The translations under genes were made by a program, and so were the position numbers. The notes below the pieces were generated by a model, which saw only the letters and a list, made by a program, of their open reading frames with translations, had not been told where the DNA came from and did no database searches. Positions 1 through 13,725 of a DNA stretch of 64,000 nt are shown in pieces (positions within the stretch are counted from its first letter, which is position 1; each line of letters starts with the position of its first letter). This DNA comes from the human T2T-CHM13v2.0 reference genome, Homo sapiens: assembly GCF_009914755.1 (NCBI RefSeq), contig NC_060934.1, one strand, 5' to 3'.

Positions 1-787
1 GCTCAGATGACGTCACTAGGATTCAATTTCTCTGTCTTTGGCTCTGCCTTTACATGTATTGACTCCATTTTCATATGTACCCCCTTGTGTGGAGAGGATG
101 GTCATAGCAGCCCAAGTGTCATGTCCTCCCTGGTGTTACTGGCTGCAGTTGAGTCTCCTCGACTCTTATTGACCAGAATTAGGTCAAGTGGCTGTCCCTC
201 AATCAATCAGAGAATGTGGTCATCTGGTTGTGCCAGCCTCGGCATAATGCCTTTTCTAAGACTCAGCGCAGAGTCAACTCCACTGGAATCCAATGAACTA
301 AGGGGGAAAGAGTGGTATCTGAACAAACACCCAGTGCTCTCGGGCTTTACAGGGATGGACGCTGGGCTCTTTTCTTTATCTGTTTGTGTTGCTATAAAGG
401 AATACCCGAAGCTGGGTAATTTATAAAGAAAAGAGGTTTAATTGGATCATGGTTGTGCAGGCTGCAAGGAGCATGGCATTGATATCTGCTTCTGGTGAGC
501 TTCAGGAAGCTTCCACTCATGGCAGAAGGTGAAAGAGAACAGGCATCACATGGTGAGAGAGAAGGAAAGAGAGAGGAGAGGGGTGCCAGCTCTTGAGTGA
601 ACTAACAGAATGAGAACCCAATTACCACAGGGAAGGCATCAAGCCTTTCATGAGAGATCCTCCCCCATGACCCAAACACCTGCCACCAGCCCTACTGCCA
701 ACTTCGAGGATCAAATTTCAACATGAGATTTGAGGGGAGAGATATTCAAACTATATCGGCCATCAGGAAGCCACAAATATTCACTAC
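1..787 (-). mobile_element. Old MaLR LTR relic (MLT1J/K-like), interrupted by an MST LTR
   Basis: GGCTCTGCCTT..TGACTCCATTTTCA and CTCTTATTGACCAGAATTAGGTCA resemble the MLT1K/J reverse strand; resumes after the MST as CAGGAAGCCACAAATATTCACTAC. Confidence 0.5.
371..757 (-). mobile_element. MaLR solo LTR, MST family (MSTB/C-like)
   Basis: GCTATAAAGGAATACCCGAAGCTGGGTAATTTATAAAGAAAAGAGGTTTAATTGG ... AATTTCAACATGAGATTTG..CAAACTATATC. Confidence 0.85.
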
Positions 788-2069
788 CTTTTGGGGATTT
801 GCTGTTCACAAGCCTGTCATTTCAAAATTCTGGCTCAGACAGCTGAATTCCTTTCAAGGAATAGCTCTGCATTAGGTTTTAGGAGGTAGTGGAAATAAGC
901 AATTAAAGGCATGCATGTGGCAAAAGAAGTGTTTACATGTTGAAATAGCCTTTAAAAATATTTCTTCCTTTATAAGATAGAAGAAGACTTCCTCCTGTCA
1001 AGTAAAGACGTTTGCCCTACAAAGGTCTGGCAAAACAAATTTAGTTCTTCATCTGCATTGCAGGAAAAACAAAACCACGAAGGCTGGCATGTTCCTTCTG
1101 CACAACTGGGAAGACATTAGGTGCTGGAAACCCCCAACACATTTAAGGACATTTAAATCTACAAAGAGGGAAGAAAATAATTGTTTTGGCCAAATACATG
1201 ATGGTTATTAAGATAAGCTCAGCCATGTTTTTTTCAGTTACACAGGGAAGGTGGAGGAGGTCCCTAAAAATCTCCCTACCTCAAGCTTTGAAAGAGACAA
1301 CAATGGAATGCAAATGACCCAAAATTACGCTAGGAAATTCATGTTGAAATAACCTATGAGGGTGTCAGCCCTCTAATCTTATTTTCTTGGTTTCGGTATC
1401 TGCTTCCATTCCTTTCTGCATCTTCCTTCTGTTTATTTCCCCAACTCCATCCTACCCTCAAGTCTCACGTCATGGGAGCTTGCCAGTCTCACTGAGCACA
1501 GGGAACCAGCAGTGCTTGTAGCCGGCAGACAGGCCTTCCTGAGTGGGGAATGGCTGTGGGGGGCCCTGTTTCCATTTCACCATTCATGTTAATCAGCAGT
1601 TACTATCTTGTCCTCAACTCTGCTTTTGGGGAGAGTGGAGTGACTCCTGGGGACAGGTGAGTTACAGGAGGCAAGCTGGAGGAACCACAAGGAACATGGG
1701 TAGAGAGCTGTCCATCTGACAGCCAAAGGGGCCTGCTCTCTCTCGCATTCTCTCTCTTTCACTCTCTCACTCTCTCTATTGCAGGAGGGGAAAGGGAGAG
1801 CTTTATTCTCTATGAAGAACAGTCTGCAGACTGGGGAGACAAAGCCTTTAGTATAAGTGAAAGTGTGCTCTCCACAGAGGGGCTCTTTTGACTCTTTTTC
1901 TGGCTCTGTGGCCAAGGAGCTCCCAGCTCTCCCCGTTCCCCCAAAACTCTTTGTTTCCAGGCAACTTGTTCCCCTGCAGTCAGGGACCCAAAACTGTTGG
2001 CTGGCAGACTTTGCTTTATTTGGCCAGCAACAGGTTTGAACATATTTTAAATTTAAATGCCTTTGGGCA

Positions 2070-2071
<2 letters not shown>

Positions 2072-2115
<44 letters not shown>
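2072..2115. repeat. (TG)~22 microsatellite, Z-DNA prone
   Basis: Uninterrupted GT dinucleotide run. Confidence 0.97.
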
Positions 2116-2123
<8 letters not shown>

Positions 2124-2429
2124 GTATCCTTCAGTTTTCCACAGTCTCCACCACTCCCTATTGCCTTTTACAGGCCTGCTCCACTCTGTCTTATCTGCCT
2201 AGCCCATGAGTTTGTGACTCTGACCTGCAGCTGATAGATGACATATTCATTCTTTCATTTTCATAATTTTAATTCTCTCCCCTCCATTCTTTCTGAAGCA
2301 AACAACCTCAAATGATGACTCCCAAACTTGACTGTATGCCCTCTTCCATGCCTCCACCACCTCACTGGGCCACACTCTTCATGTCTGCTTTTCCTGTCCT
2401 CAAACAGCCCTCCTGCTCAGGGTCCAGAC

Positions 2430-2815
2430 ACATTCTGGCCCCCTTTTCTGCTGTGCCTTTCAACCTCCCATTAATTAATTTAGACTCAGCCTCCAGAGCC
2501 CCTCCCAAATGTTACTTTCACAAGGAATCCCTTCCCTGACTGCTCTAGACAAGGGTAGATCCCGTCAAATGCTCAGAACACCTGCGCTTTTCCTTCACAG
2601 CCTTACCTAGATTGTCTTGTAATAATTAGTTATGAAATTAACTATTAACTGTTTGATATCTGCCTTCCCTCTTCCTCTGCTCCCCACCTCCATCACCTCC
2701 CAAACATGAGCTTGAAGAGGATAGTTACCCTGATCACCTTATTCAGCTGCGTCTCCAGCTTCTGGTACAATTTGAGCACTCATTACATTTTGATGAATAA
2801 GGGAATGAATGAAGG
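2430..2815 (+). mobile_element. L2 LINE 3' fragment
   Basis: AAATGTTACTTTCACAAGGAATCCCTTCCCTGAC and terminal GCACTCATTACATTTTGATGAATAAGGGAATGAATGAA. Confidence 0.6.
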
Positions 2816-2835
2816 AGTAAATGAAAGGATGGGTA

Positions 2836-2971
2836 GGCCAGGCATGATGGCGGAAGCTTGTAATCCCAGCACTTTAGGAGGCTGAGGTGGGAGGATCACT
2901 TGAACCCAGGAGTTCGAGACCAGCCTGGGTAACATGGTGAGACCCCATCTCTAATTAAAAAAAAAGAAGAA
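2836..2971 (+). mobile_element. Free left Alu monomer (FLAM_C-like)
   Basis: Single Alu arm plus A-tail; TSD GAAAG(G/C)ATGGGTA at 2823-2835 and 2972-2984. Confidence 0.9.
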
Positions 2972-3048
2972 GAAAGCATGGGTATGATGTCATCAGACTG
3001 AGATGGCAGGGAGGAGCGTTTCAGGAGAAAGACCGAGAACAAAGTCTC

Positions 3049-3437
3049 TGTTCAATTAAGTTTAGCCTAAAGCTGCCTCTTTACATATATTAAGTTAGGC
3101 CTAAAGGTTTCTCTGTACATAGTGAACTGTAACCTAACTGGATGTGTAAATGCACTGTAACCTACTCTTGTACCAATCACCAAGTTTCAGCTTATCAAAG
3201 GTGGCCAGCTGTCCAAACCATCTTCAAATTAGGCAGGTGCCAAACTGTAACCAATCCAGCTATTTCTATACCTCACTTCTAGTTTCTGTATGTCAGTTTC
3301 CTTTTTCTATCCATAAATCTTCTACAACCATGAGGCAGTGCCAATTCCTCCCAAACCTACTCTGGTTCAGGGGGCTTCCCAATCTATGAATCGTTCTTTT
3401 TTCAATTGTGTTAAATTTAATTTGCCTAAAATCAACA
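3049..3437 (+). mobile_element. ERV1 solo LTR, MER57(B)-like
   Basis: TGTTCAATTAAGTTTAGCCTAAAGCTGCCTC..AAAGGTTTCTCTGTACATAGTGAACTGTAACCTAACTGG ... TTAAATTTAATTTGCCTAAAATCAACA. Confidence 0.85.
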
Positions 3438-4687
3438 GGTCCAAGATGGTAAAGCATGGAGCATATGTAGGGACCACGTAGAGCCACGTTCATTCATAAA
3501 TCCAACCTCCCTGAATGAGCCGGACTTCCTGAAGGTGCCTGGGTGAACTGGAGGCTCTCATCCCATCATCCTTTCCCTCTTCACTCTGTCCCAAGTGCCT
3601 ACCACGCACGGGCAGAAGAGGGTTTCCCAGCTTCCATGGCTCCTTTTACTTTCCCCTTTTGCCCTCCCTCTAGGATGCTTCCCTCCTCTTCCCCACTCAC
3701 TGTTTAAACTCTTCACTCCATTCCTTCTCAAAATAAAGGCCATTTAGTGATAACTTCCTCAGTTTTTCTTTCTTTTCATCTCAATGCTGTGGCCCTCAGC
3801 GACACTTATGTAGGTAGAGCAGTCTTCTCAGGGCAAGTATTTTTTTTTAACTTCTGTGGTTTCATCTGAATTGTTTTTGTTTGAGGCTTAAATGGATCCA
3901 TTGATTTTTCTGACCTATTCAGGAACTTTGCTATTTTTAAATAAAAGAGAGATGTGCCAAGGAATAGCAAGCCAAAACCACTTCCATTGGTGAAAATCAC
4001 CTTCAAGAAGGACAGACTGACTTTCAGAGGCCCGGCAAAGTGGTGGAGTGGGGGCTCCAGTCTGAGTGCAGGAGGTCTGGGGGCTCGGCTGTTTGGAGCC
4101 CAGCCCCTGATGGGTGACCCTGCACATCATTGCCCTTCTCTGTACCATGAGGGGGTTGGTCAGGGGATTTCAAGCCAATTTCTAACTTTGACAACTCACC
4201 TGGGTCTCCTGAGCTTAGGGTCATTGGATGTCACCCTATCCCTGCAAGAGCAAAGCCCAGGGAAGCCCCAGAGCATGAGTCACATGGGGTGGCCTCAGTG
4301 GGCCTGCCTGTGTCCCTACACAAGACAATCATCCTGGCTGTCTGGGTAGGGCATGCATTGTGAGGTCCAATTTACAGGAATGGGAGGAAATTAGAGAAGT
4401 GGCTCTTCCTCAGTTTTGTAAAGACTCTAAATGAGCCAACCTCTCACTTCCACCTACCAGACCTGTGACTCAGGAGTGGCCTCATGGTTGGGTTGGAAGA
4501 AGGGTTCACTGCATACACAGGGTCTCCTCATAGCCCCTTCAGGGTCCCCTACATTTTCTTCCCTCTGCCACCTCTGGTCACCACTGACTGGAATATGCTT
4601 GGGTGGTCAGGTGGAAATGGAGAGAAGACTTCCTCCTTCTCTGTGCCCCATCCCTAATAGAATAGTATATTAATCACCAAAGGGGAC

Positions 4688-5092
4688 TGTGTTAGTCCAC
4701 TCTCGTGTTGCTGTAAAGAAATACCTGACACTGGGTAATTTATAAAGAAAAGAGGTTTAATTGGCTCACGGTTCTGCAGGCTACACAAGTATGGTGCCCG
4801 CATCTGCTCAGCTTCTTGGTAGGTCTCAGATAGCTTTTACTTATGGAGGAAGGCAAAGGGGGAGTCGGCACATCACATGGCAAAAGCAGGAGCAAAAGAG
4901 AGAAGGGCAGGGAGGTGCCGCATACTTTTAAACAATTGGATCCCACTAGAACTTACTTACTATCATGAAGACAACACTAAGCCATGAGGGATCTACCCCC
5001 AGGACCTAAATACCTCCCACCAGGCCCCACCTTCAACACTGGGGGTTAAATTTCATCATGTGATTTTGAGGACAGATATCCAAACTAGATCA
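4688..5092 (-). mobile_element. MaLR solo LTR, MSTB-like
   Basis: TG..CA termini; CTGGGTAATTTATAAAGAAAAGAGGTTTAATTGGCTCACGGTTCTGCAGGCT; near-TSD GGGAC/GGAAC. Confidence 0.9.
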
Positions 5093-5342
5093 GGAACACA
5101 GAACTGGTCAATCATTAGATATTCACCATCCCCTGAGGACCACATCGCAGTGGAAAAGAAGAAACTCCTGGAAGAGTCAATGGCTCGGGTACACTTACAG
5201 CCTGGACAGTTAATAACAAAATATCAGGTTAATGTATCCCACGACTGGAACAACTAAGATCCATTCACCCCCAGGGTTCCAGGAAGCAATGGCAGACACT
5301 CAAAGAAGCTTGGAGCTTGCTGAGGGCTCAGTGTTGGGCACT

Positions 5343-5720
5343 CGTGTTAGTCCATTCTCACACTGCTATAAAGACACTACCCGACACTGGTTAATTTATA
5401 AAGGAAAGAGGCTTAATTGACTCACATTTCCGCATGGCTGGGAGGCATCAGGAAACTTACAATCAGGGTGGAAGGTGAAGGGGAAGCAAGGACCTTCTTC
5501 ACGTGGCTGCAGGAGAGAGAAAAACGTGTGAAGGAGGAACTGTGAAACATTTATAAAACCTTCAGATCTCATGAGAACTCACTCACTGTCATGAGAACAG
5601 CATGAAGGAACTGCCCCCATGATCCAATCATCTCCCACCAGGTACCTCCCTCAATACAGGGGATTATGGAGATTACAATTCAAGATGAGATTTGGGTGGG
5701 GACACAGACAAACCATATCA
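5343..5720 (-). mobile_element. MaLR solo LTR, THE1D/MSTA-like
   Basis: GGAAACTTACAATC..GATGAGATTTGGGTGGGGACACAGACAAACCATATCA; perfect 5-bp TSD GCACT (5338-5342, 5721-5725). Confidence 0.93.
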
Positions 5721-6284
5721 GCACTGGAAAGAAATTCTGGGTGGAGGAAGATATGGGATGGGGCTCAGGACTTCATGTGCCAAGTAGTGTAAGCCCTATC
5801 ACCAAGTCATACTACCAACCCCTGCTTGTGAAGTGGGAGGAGGTTTGCAGCTTCAAGTATTGCAGAGTCCAAGCCTGGCTGACATTCTGATGCCAGGCTT
5901 GACTCATCCAGACCCTTCGATTCTTTCCAAATGTCTTTCGTGGGCCTTTCCCTGCTCAGAAAATTTTATGAGTCTCTGATTTTTGAAAGCAAAACAAATG
6001 CGACCTCCCCAGCTAGGCCAATGCTGAAAGCTGTCCTGGCTTTCCAGTATGGAGCCTCCCCAGCCCTTTTCCCACTCCTGCCCTCGGTAAGCCATCTGGG
6101 ACAGTGAGTCACAAGCCTCCAAACCCCCCAACTCATTTTCCTCTAGTCCTTGCTCCTTCTTCAAGTCCATGTCTGGGTCCTCTTCCTTCTTGAAGCCTCA
6201 CCATCCACCTGGTCTCTGTGAATCTTTACTTTCCCTGAGCTCTGTTGTAGGAAGGAAGTGTTGCAGCCTAGTTTTGACCCATGG

Positions 6285-6405
6285 ATTAAAAGGGCATGAA
6301 GGCCAGGACCATTTTTGTTTTGTTCGCCAATGTATAATATCCATCATCTAGGATAGTAGCTGGCACATAGGAGGTGCTCAATAAACATTTGCTGAGTTAA
6401 CGAAT
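6285..6405 (+). mobile_element. L2 3' end
   Basis: TGGCACATAGGAGGTGCTCAATAAACATTTGCTGAG. Confidence 0.75.
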
Positions 6406-6589
6406 CCCATTTTTTTTGTTTGTCTTGTTTCATGTATGCAATTTAGTTGCTCAATTAGACTACAAGCTTTTCAAAGCCTGACCCTGTTTCTATAACTTGT
6501 GAAGTTCTTGTCCATGGATTAAGGTCATCATCATAGCCCATGATAGTAGTCATTATGTAGGATTAGGTAATATTGAGCATCTCTGCTAA

Positions 6590-7376
<787 letters not shown>

Positions 7377-7445
7377 GCTTTTGGAAGACTGCTCAATGAC
7401 ATAGGAAATATTTAGGTAAAAAGTTAGGTAGAAGTAATAAGATAC

Positions 7446-7885
7446 TGTGGTAGGTTTAATAGTGGCACCTAAAAGATCTGTCGACAAATCCTGGAAACCT
7501 GTGAATGTGACCTTATTTGGAAAAAGGGTCTTTGCAGATGTATGTAATTAAATCAAGGATCTTGAGATAAGACATCCTAGATTACACAGGCAGGTCCTAA
7601 AACAAAAACAAATGTCCCTCTAAGAGACCGAAAGAGGGAAAGACAGAAGTGTAGAAGGCGACGTGGAGATGGAACAAAGATTGGAGCGATGTGGCTATAA
7701 GTCAAGGAATGCTAGCAACCACAAGAAGCCAGAAGAGGCAAGAAATAGATTCTCCCCTAGATCCTTTGGAGGGAGCATGTCCATGCCAACACCTTGCTTT
7801 CAGACTTCTCGTCTCCAGAACTCTGAAAGAATAAATTTCTATTGCTTTAAGTTACCCAGTTTGTGGTTATCTGTCACATAGTCTC
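7446..7885 (+). mobile_element. MaLR LTR, MLT1C/D-like
   Basis: CCTGTGAATGTGACCTTATTTGGAAAAAGGGTCTTTGCAGATG..CCAGAACTCTGAAAGAATAAATTTCTATTGCTTTAAG. Confidence 0.85.
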
Positions 7886-8194
7886 AGTTAACAAGCCCAG
7901 ATTTGTAGATGCCTTAGTCTTGTCATTGTAGTCCAGACCCATTGCAATATGACTCTGACCTACAGCTCAAGTAGATAAGCTTTCTGGGGAACCTGCCTCA
8001 GAAATGCTGTCCTTTCTCCTCAGGCCTGTGTCCCTCGAGTTCTCCATCCAGCCAAGGAGATACATAGGCACTTACCTATTTATCTGATACAAAAACCTGT
8101 ACTTAATACCACCATTGGGATTTGGTTCAGTCAACACTGACCGCGTACCAAGCACTGGGCTGGGCACTGGGGACACCGTGCAGATGTACTTCCA

Positions 8195-8370
8195 CTGGGT
8201 AGTGCTTTCAAGTTTGCAAGTCACATCCGTATGCATTTCTCTATTGGACGTTCAAACTGCCTTATTAGGTAAGTAAGACAAAAGAATCTTAAATCTATTT
8301 TGCAGATGGGTAAACTGAGGCTCCAGAGATCGTAAGTGCTTTGTTCAAAGTCATGCAGCAGGGCCAGAGC
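8195..8370 (-). mobile_element. MIR SINE
   Basis: ATTTTGCAGATGGGTAAACTGAGGCT..GTTCAAAGTCA. Confidence 0.7.
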
Positions 8371-8512
8371 TTAATCCACATTTCTTGCATATTCTTTCCA
8401 TGGTACTAAGCTCCCTCTAAGCCCAGTGATTTTGAAGTCCAGGGAGGGAAAGTACAAGTAGGTAGGCTCTTAGAAGAGGTAGGAATTGAGCAGTGTTTTG
8501 TAAAATGAGTTG

Positions 8513-8721
8513 CAATAGGTCAGAAATTAACAAAGTGGATTAAATCTGACCCACCTCCTGCTTTTGTATTAAAAAAGGTTTCTTAGAACATAGCCTTGCT
8601 CACTCATTTACATGTTGTCACACTATGGCTGCAGAGTTGAGTGGCTGGGATAGAAACTGTGATCTGCAAAGTCTAAAATATTTATTATTTGACCCTTTAC
8701 AGTAAAACCTGCAAATCCCTG
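8513..8721 (-). mobile_element. MER58A hAT MITE
   Basis: GCAGAGTTGAGTGGCT..CTGCAAAGTCTAAAATATTTATTATTTGACCCTTTACAG..CCCTG. Confidence 0.8.
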
Positions 8722-8852
8722 CAGTAGATGGTGTCATGCGTGGGGCAGGAGCTTGTGGGGGTGGGAGGGGTGAATGCCTACCAGATAAGGAAATTCACAG
8801 CTCCTGGTTAAAAGTAACATTCAATTCCTTGGAGTGACTATTTTTGTAGTCT

Positions 8853-9070
8853 TAACAATAGCAAACACTTAACACGGTGCTCATTGTGTGCCAGGAAGTA
8901 TTTTAAGTGCTTTACACATAACAATGCTTAATTATTAATTATTATTATTATCATCCCCATTTTAGAGGTGAGGAAGTAGGCACACAGAGAGATCAAGAAG
9001 TATGCTGGAGCTCACACAGCTAGCAAGGGGCAGAGCCAAGGTTCGATGCTGGGCAATCCACGCCAGAGAC
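8853..9070 (-). mobile_element. MIR SINE
   Basis: TGTGCCAGG..AAGTGCTTTACA; ATCCCCATTTTAGAGGTGAGGAAG..CACACAGCTAG. Confidence 0.8.
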
Positions 9071-11584
9071 TGTGTGCAGAGTCCCCCCAGTTTAGCAGCT
9101 CATATCCTTAGGAACCCTGGGTATTCATCAATTCATTCAACAAGAATGTATGGAGCTCTGCCGCAATAAACACCCAGTGCTAGATTCTGTAAAAAGTGCC
9201 AGCTGTTTCTTTCCACGTGCATATTTCCTTACCATTTTCCTGACAGCCCCAGACACCCTGATGTGTGATGCCTGCCGCTCACCTGGGAGCAGAAACGTTA
9301 TTCTCAGGATGGTGACTGTTTTGATGCACTGGCCTTGGGAGGTCAGGGAAGCTATGACAGAGCAAAGGCTTTTCCGGAACATAGACAAAGTGCTGAAGCC
9401 ACGATGCAGTGATCTAAGGCATAGTCAGCGTTGAGTAAGGCAGGGAGGGAGGCTGCTGGGCACTGTCATGACGCTGAGAGACTCGTCACTTAGCCATGAG
9501 GACGTCTCGCTTCTACTGAGGCTGTGGCTCTGCTGAAAGCCACATCGTGATTAACTAGAGAGGATGAGAATGCTGGGTGTACCCTCCCCCTCCCCCAACC
9601 TCACCCCCAAGAGCACCAGTCAGTTGTATTCAGCTGTGTAATTATCCTATCATAGTTTATTTCCTATCTTCCTGCAGAGGTGATTGGTGCAAGAAAATTA
9701 AGTATGTGGCATCTTGTCAGGAGACAGAAAATTTCATACTGATTATTTCATCTAAGGTTGGGAGAGGGAAGGAGGCTGCTCTGCTGCAGTGTGTTTCAGA
9801 GGAAGCAAGGGGCAGGCTGGAGCAGGCACCCACCTGCTGGGATGAACTCACCTGGCCCTGGCCCCCCCGCCCATCCCTGGGTATCTGTGGTCAGATCTGG
9901 CTCCTAGTTGCTGGGGGGGTGGATGAGACAAGGGCGGGGTGAGAAACTGTTAAGGTGAATTTGGCTACAGTTGGTAACAGTGCTCTCCTTCTACAGCCCC
10001 TGCTCCCCGGGCAGCAAGCCTGGGAGGAGAGAAACTGAGGTACAACTGAGGTTGTACCTCAGGCTTCTTTATCACATAAATCCTTCCCCTCCCCACCCCA
10101 GCAACCCAACACTGAGAAGAAACAGAGGAAGAAGAAAGAATACTTGATCAGGGCTCCCTGGCCCTTAGTAGGGAGGTAGTCACACACACATGACAGATGG
10201 CGATCTGTCACGGAGTCATGGGTGTCAAGTTGAAAAAAAGAAAAAGAATACACTCTACCCTACACTAAATGGAATGAAAGGGAAAATACGGAGTATGAAC
10301 GACAGGCTGTTCCCTCAAGACAGCTCCATTATCTGGAGGCGAGTCCAGCGGACAGGAGAGGGCGCTGTTTCAGAGCTTCTTCCTCATTACTGATGTGTGC
10401 AGCCCTCAGAGGATGCCCATCTCAGCCATCTACTCACGACCTTGGCTGACAGCCCCTGGCATGACCGCTGGTGAGCCAGCCAACTGGGAATTTGAGGGAG
10501 CCTCACAACTCAGAGACAGGCTCTTGAGAAAAGGAGGGAGCATCCAGAACCCACTTTAAAGATACACAGAGGAGCCCTGGAGGTCTGCGCCTGCTTGGCT
10601 GGTGGCTCCGCTCTGAGGATCTGGGCCCATTCACTGCACTGACCACCTGCTCATCTACCGTTTGTGCCTACAGGCTAAAGGCTTAAGCAAGCTCCCAGTT
10701 GCACTCAGGCCTGGACAGGATTTCAGGAATGAGTGGCCCAGCGGGCATTTATTCCTATGCCCTGATCCAAACCTCCAGATGCCACCATTTGTTTAAATCA
10801 GCAAGGGATGGGAGACAGCCTCCACATGCCAGGCCAAAGGCACCAAGGACCTAGGCCCTGCTCACACAGAGCTTAAGGTCTCACAGAAGCACATGGACCT
10901 GAAACAAATAAATACAAAACTGTAAGTGATTCTATATGCCATGAAAAAGAAGAGCCAGGTGCCAAGGCGGGGGGGGGTGGTACCAGGAGATCTAAGTTTG
11001 TTGGGGCTCAGAGGAAGCATCCAGACAGCTGTGCAGCTTTGGGGTCGCGGGGCGGAGGGGATGCTGAGGCTGGGGGAGGGAGAAGCTGTGCAGGAAGAAG
11101 CAGTCACACCTGCAAAGCACACAGCTTGGGGCACCAAGCGGACCCCAAACCAAGGTGGGTAGGAAGGGAGAGAGCGAAGCGAGAGGACAGGGCCTCAGCT
11201 AGGGCCCAATCAGATTTGACTTTTTCTGGGATTTCCCCAGGCCCCAGGTCTCCAGCTACCAAACAGAGCAGCCCAAGTTCTTTCTCAGGAGCTTTGCATA
11301 TTATTTGCTTACAACTTCTCTTGCTTTCTCTCTCTCTCCTTTATGTTTCTTATTGCATTTATACTCACATGTTGTGGGAGTCTTTTTTTCCTGTCTGTGT
11401 TTGTATTTCAAAGCCATCATCCTGCCCTCCCTGAGCTGCACTAGGCAAAAATATGTGTCCAGGATAGACGAAAAGACATAAGAAAGACCCTCTGAGGGGA
11501 CCTAACTTGGGGTCTCCTTCCCCTGAAGACCCCACTCCCTGTCCAGTGCTGAAGGCATAACTGTTACAATAGAGAAAAGGAGGC

Positions 11585-11685
11585 AGTCAAGAGCTGGATC
11601 CGAGTCCAGTTGGGTGACCTTGCACAAGTTGCTCACCCCTTTGGGATTTGTTGCCTCATCTGTGAAATGAGTGGACCGCACTAGG
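11585..11685 (+). mobile_element. MIR fragment
   Basis: GTGACCTTGCACAAGTTGCT..CCTCATCTGTGAAATG. Confidence 0.65.
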
Positions 11686-11687
11686 TA

Positions 11688-11856
11688 ACCGGTTCCCTAT
11701 CTGGGATCTGCAGATAGGCTTTAGGGAATCTAAGAATCCCTAAAACTGTAGGTAAAATTTGGTAGACTTGAGTAGGCATTGTTCTGGGGGAGGTTCCATA
11801 ACTCTCATTCAATTCTCAAAGGCAACCAAGACCCCAAAAATGTTAGGAACACCTGC
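11688..11856. mobile_element. hAT-Charlie MITE, MER103-like
   Basis: CATTCAATTCTCAAAGGCAACCAAGACCCCAAAAATGTTAGGAACACCTG. Confidence 0.55.
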
Positions 11857-12114
11857 CCTGGGTGATGTCCACCAGCCCACAGCTTTCAGAAGCCTCATCC
11901 GAGGTGCTCTTACCATAAAGATGAAGAGACACAAGCTTCCGTTGCCCAAGAGAGCAGGGAGACTCTGGGAGTGTTCTAGGCAGGGAAAGGAAGGCAGGTG
12001 ACAAACAGGAAGCATTGCTGTGTGCGCATTTCTGGTAAACTGCCTACATAGATTGCTGAAGGAAGGGGCCAATCTGTAGGGTGTCAGCAATTTGCTGTGA
12101 TTCCCCACCCCCTC

Positions 12115-12233
12115 CTCCTAGGTAAATACCCACTTTTGTACTTAATTTTGTTTTCATACTTTTGTATTCTTTTTATTAAGGAGTGTCCCAAATTGTAAGT
12201 CTTTGGGCCCCACACAACATAGATACACTCCTG
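12115..12233 (-). mobile_element. hAT MITE fragment, MER53-like
   Basis: TAATTTTGTTTTCATACTTTTGTATTCTTTTTATTAAGG..CCCAAATTGTAAG..GGCCCCACA. Confidence 0.55.
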
Positions 12234-12884
12234 GGTCCTGAATATAACCAAGGCTGAGATGGCCTGATAGGCACAAGCACTGTCCGGACCTGCGGCCGTC
12301 AGGTGCCCGGCACACCCCACATAGGTGCACAGGTGCTGCTCTGACTGGGTGGCTCTCCTTGTCGCCATCCTGGTTTCTGCTTCCTTTCCTTTCCTTTTCC
12401 CCTTCCCTTCCCTTTTCTTTTTTCCTTTAATGTGGATTTCAGAAGTGGGGTGAAAATGACCTCAGTGAATAGCCCAGCTCCCTGGGACAGTGGCCTGGTA
12501 TTTTTGACGTGGGAGTGGCGTCTGCTCTGACTCAACCTGGACCGGCCCAGGGACAACACCTCCTTCGGAGTAGCCGCTTTGTTTCGTTTCGAGCAGCCCA
12601 GCTGCGTTCTGCATGACCGAATTGGACACCTCTCACTTCCTCTGAGAATGGAACTTGGTGTTTAGATGACGTGCAAGCCAAGTCAGTTGTGTAAAATAGC
12701 ACAACTCCACCTTTGGTCTCCCATCCCAACCCCCAAGGCCTAAAAAAAGAAAAGAAACAGAAAAAAGCAACACCTGAGAGGAACTGGGCTTCAAACAAGT
12801 AAAGACTTTTATAAGCGCAGCAAGTGCCTCCCTCTGGACTGGAGAGGGGCCGAGGGGGGCTCCCGAGACCTGTAGGAATGTCGG

Positions 12885-13025
12885 ATCAATGCCGTCCTAG
12901 CTGTGTGACCTGGGCCAGTTTATTTAACATCTCTGAGCCCCTGGTTTTTCATCCTCACAGAGACAATGACGTTCGTGTTTCTGTGAGACATAAGCGGTGT
13001 AGCACCTGGCAGGCACTGATGAATT
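12885..13025 (+). mobile_element. MIR SINE
   Basis: CTAGCTGTGTGACCTGGGCCAGTTTATTTAACATCTCTGAGCC. Confidence 0.75.
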
Positions 13026-13539
13026 GTTCTCCTCCTCCCAGGAGCCCTGCTATAGGGTCGAGCTACTGAGGCACCTTCCCAGTGCTGGAAATGCTTCCTG
13101 TGGACACCTTCCCCCACCCCAAAGGAAGGATTGGGTCAATGGTCTTAAGCTCCAGCCCATGCGGGGGTGGTCAAGCCTTCAAAGTGGAGGGAAACCCAGG
13201 CTCCAGGTGAGCCCCAGGAGTCTCAGCTCCGGAATCTGGCAAGAAATACGGGGGACAGATGTTTTGGTCTCTGAGCCCATTTCCTTCCTGCTCATAGGCT
13301 CTCCTGTGACACGTCGATGAACAAATCCTCCAGGAATTATGCTCCTTTGAAGTTCTTGGCCGAGTAAAAGTAAGCAAAAATGAAAATATCTGTAAGTCAC
13401 GTGAGGCGATGTCGGTTTGTATCGTCTGACTCAACAGCAGTGTTTCTGCTGGGGCACACTCACACGGGCGAAGGCGTGGGGCTGTCCTCCCACAGGCTGG
13501 TTTGCCTGAAGACAGCTGAAGATAAACAGGCAGCCTGAA

Positions 13540-13725
13540 GAACTAGAAGTCAGAGAGCCGGAGCCCACGCTTCCAGGCTGTGTGAATTTCAGCAAGTCAC
13601 GGACGCCCTCTGGGCCTCAGTTTCCTGTTTGGGGAGGACTTTTATTCTCACCTTGGAGAGATGGCTTGAGGGTTAAGCGAACACCATCCGTCCTAGCACC
13701 TAGCATGTCACAGGTGCTCACTGCA
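13540..13725 (+). mobile_element. MIR SINE
   Basis: GCTGTGTGAATTTCAGCAAGTCAC..CTCTGGGCCTCAGTTTCCT. Confidence 0.7.

Noticed and set aside
8-15. Perfect CRE palindrome TGACGTCA
   Set aside because: Single 8-mer inside an LTR relic at the window edge; about one is expected by chance
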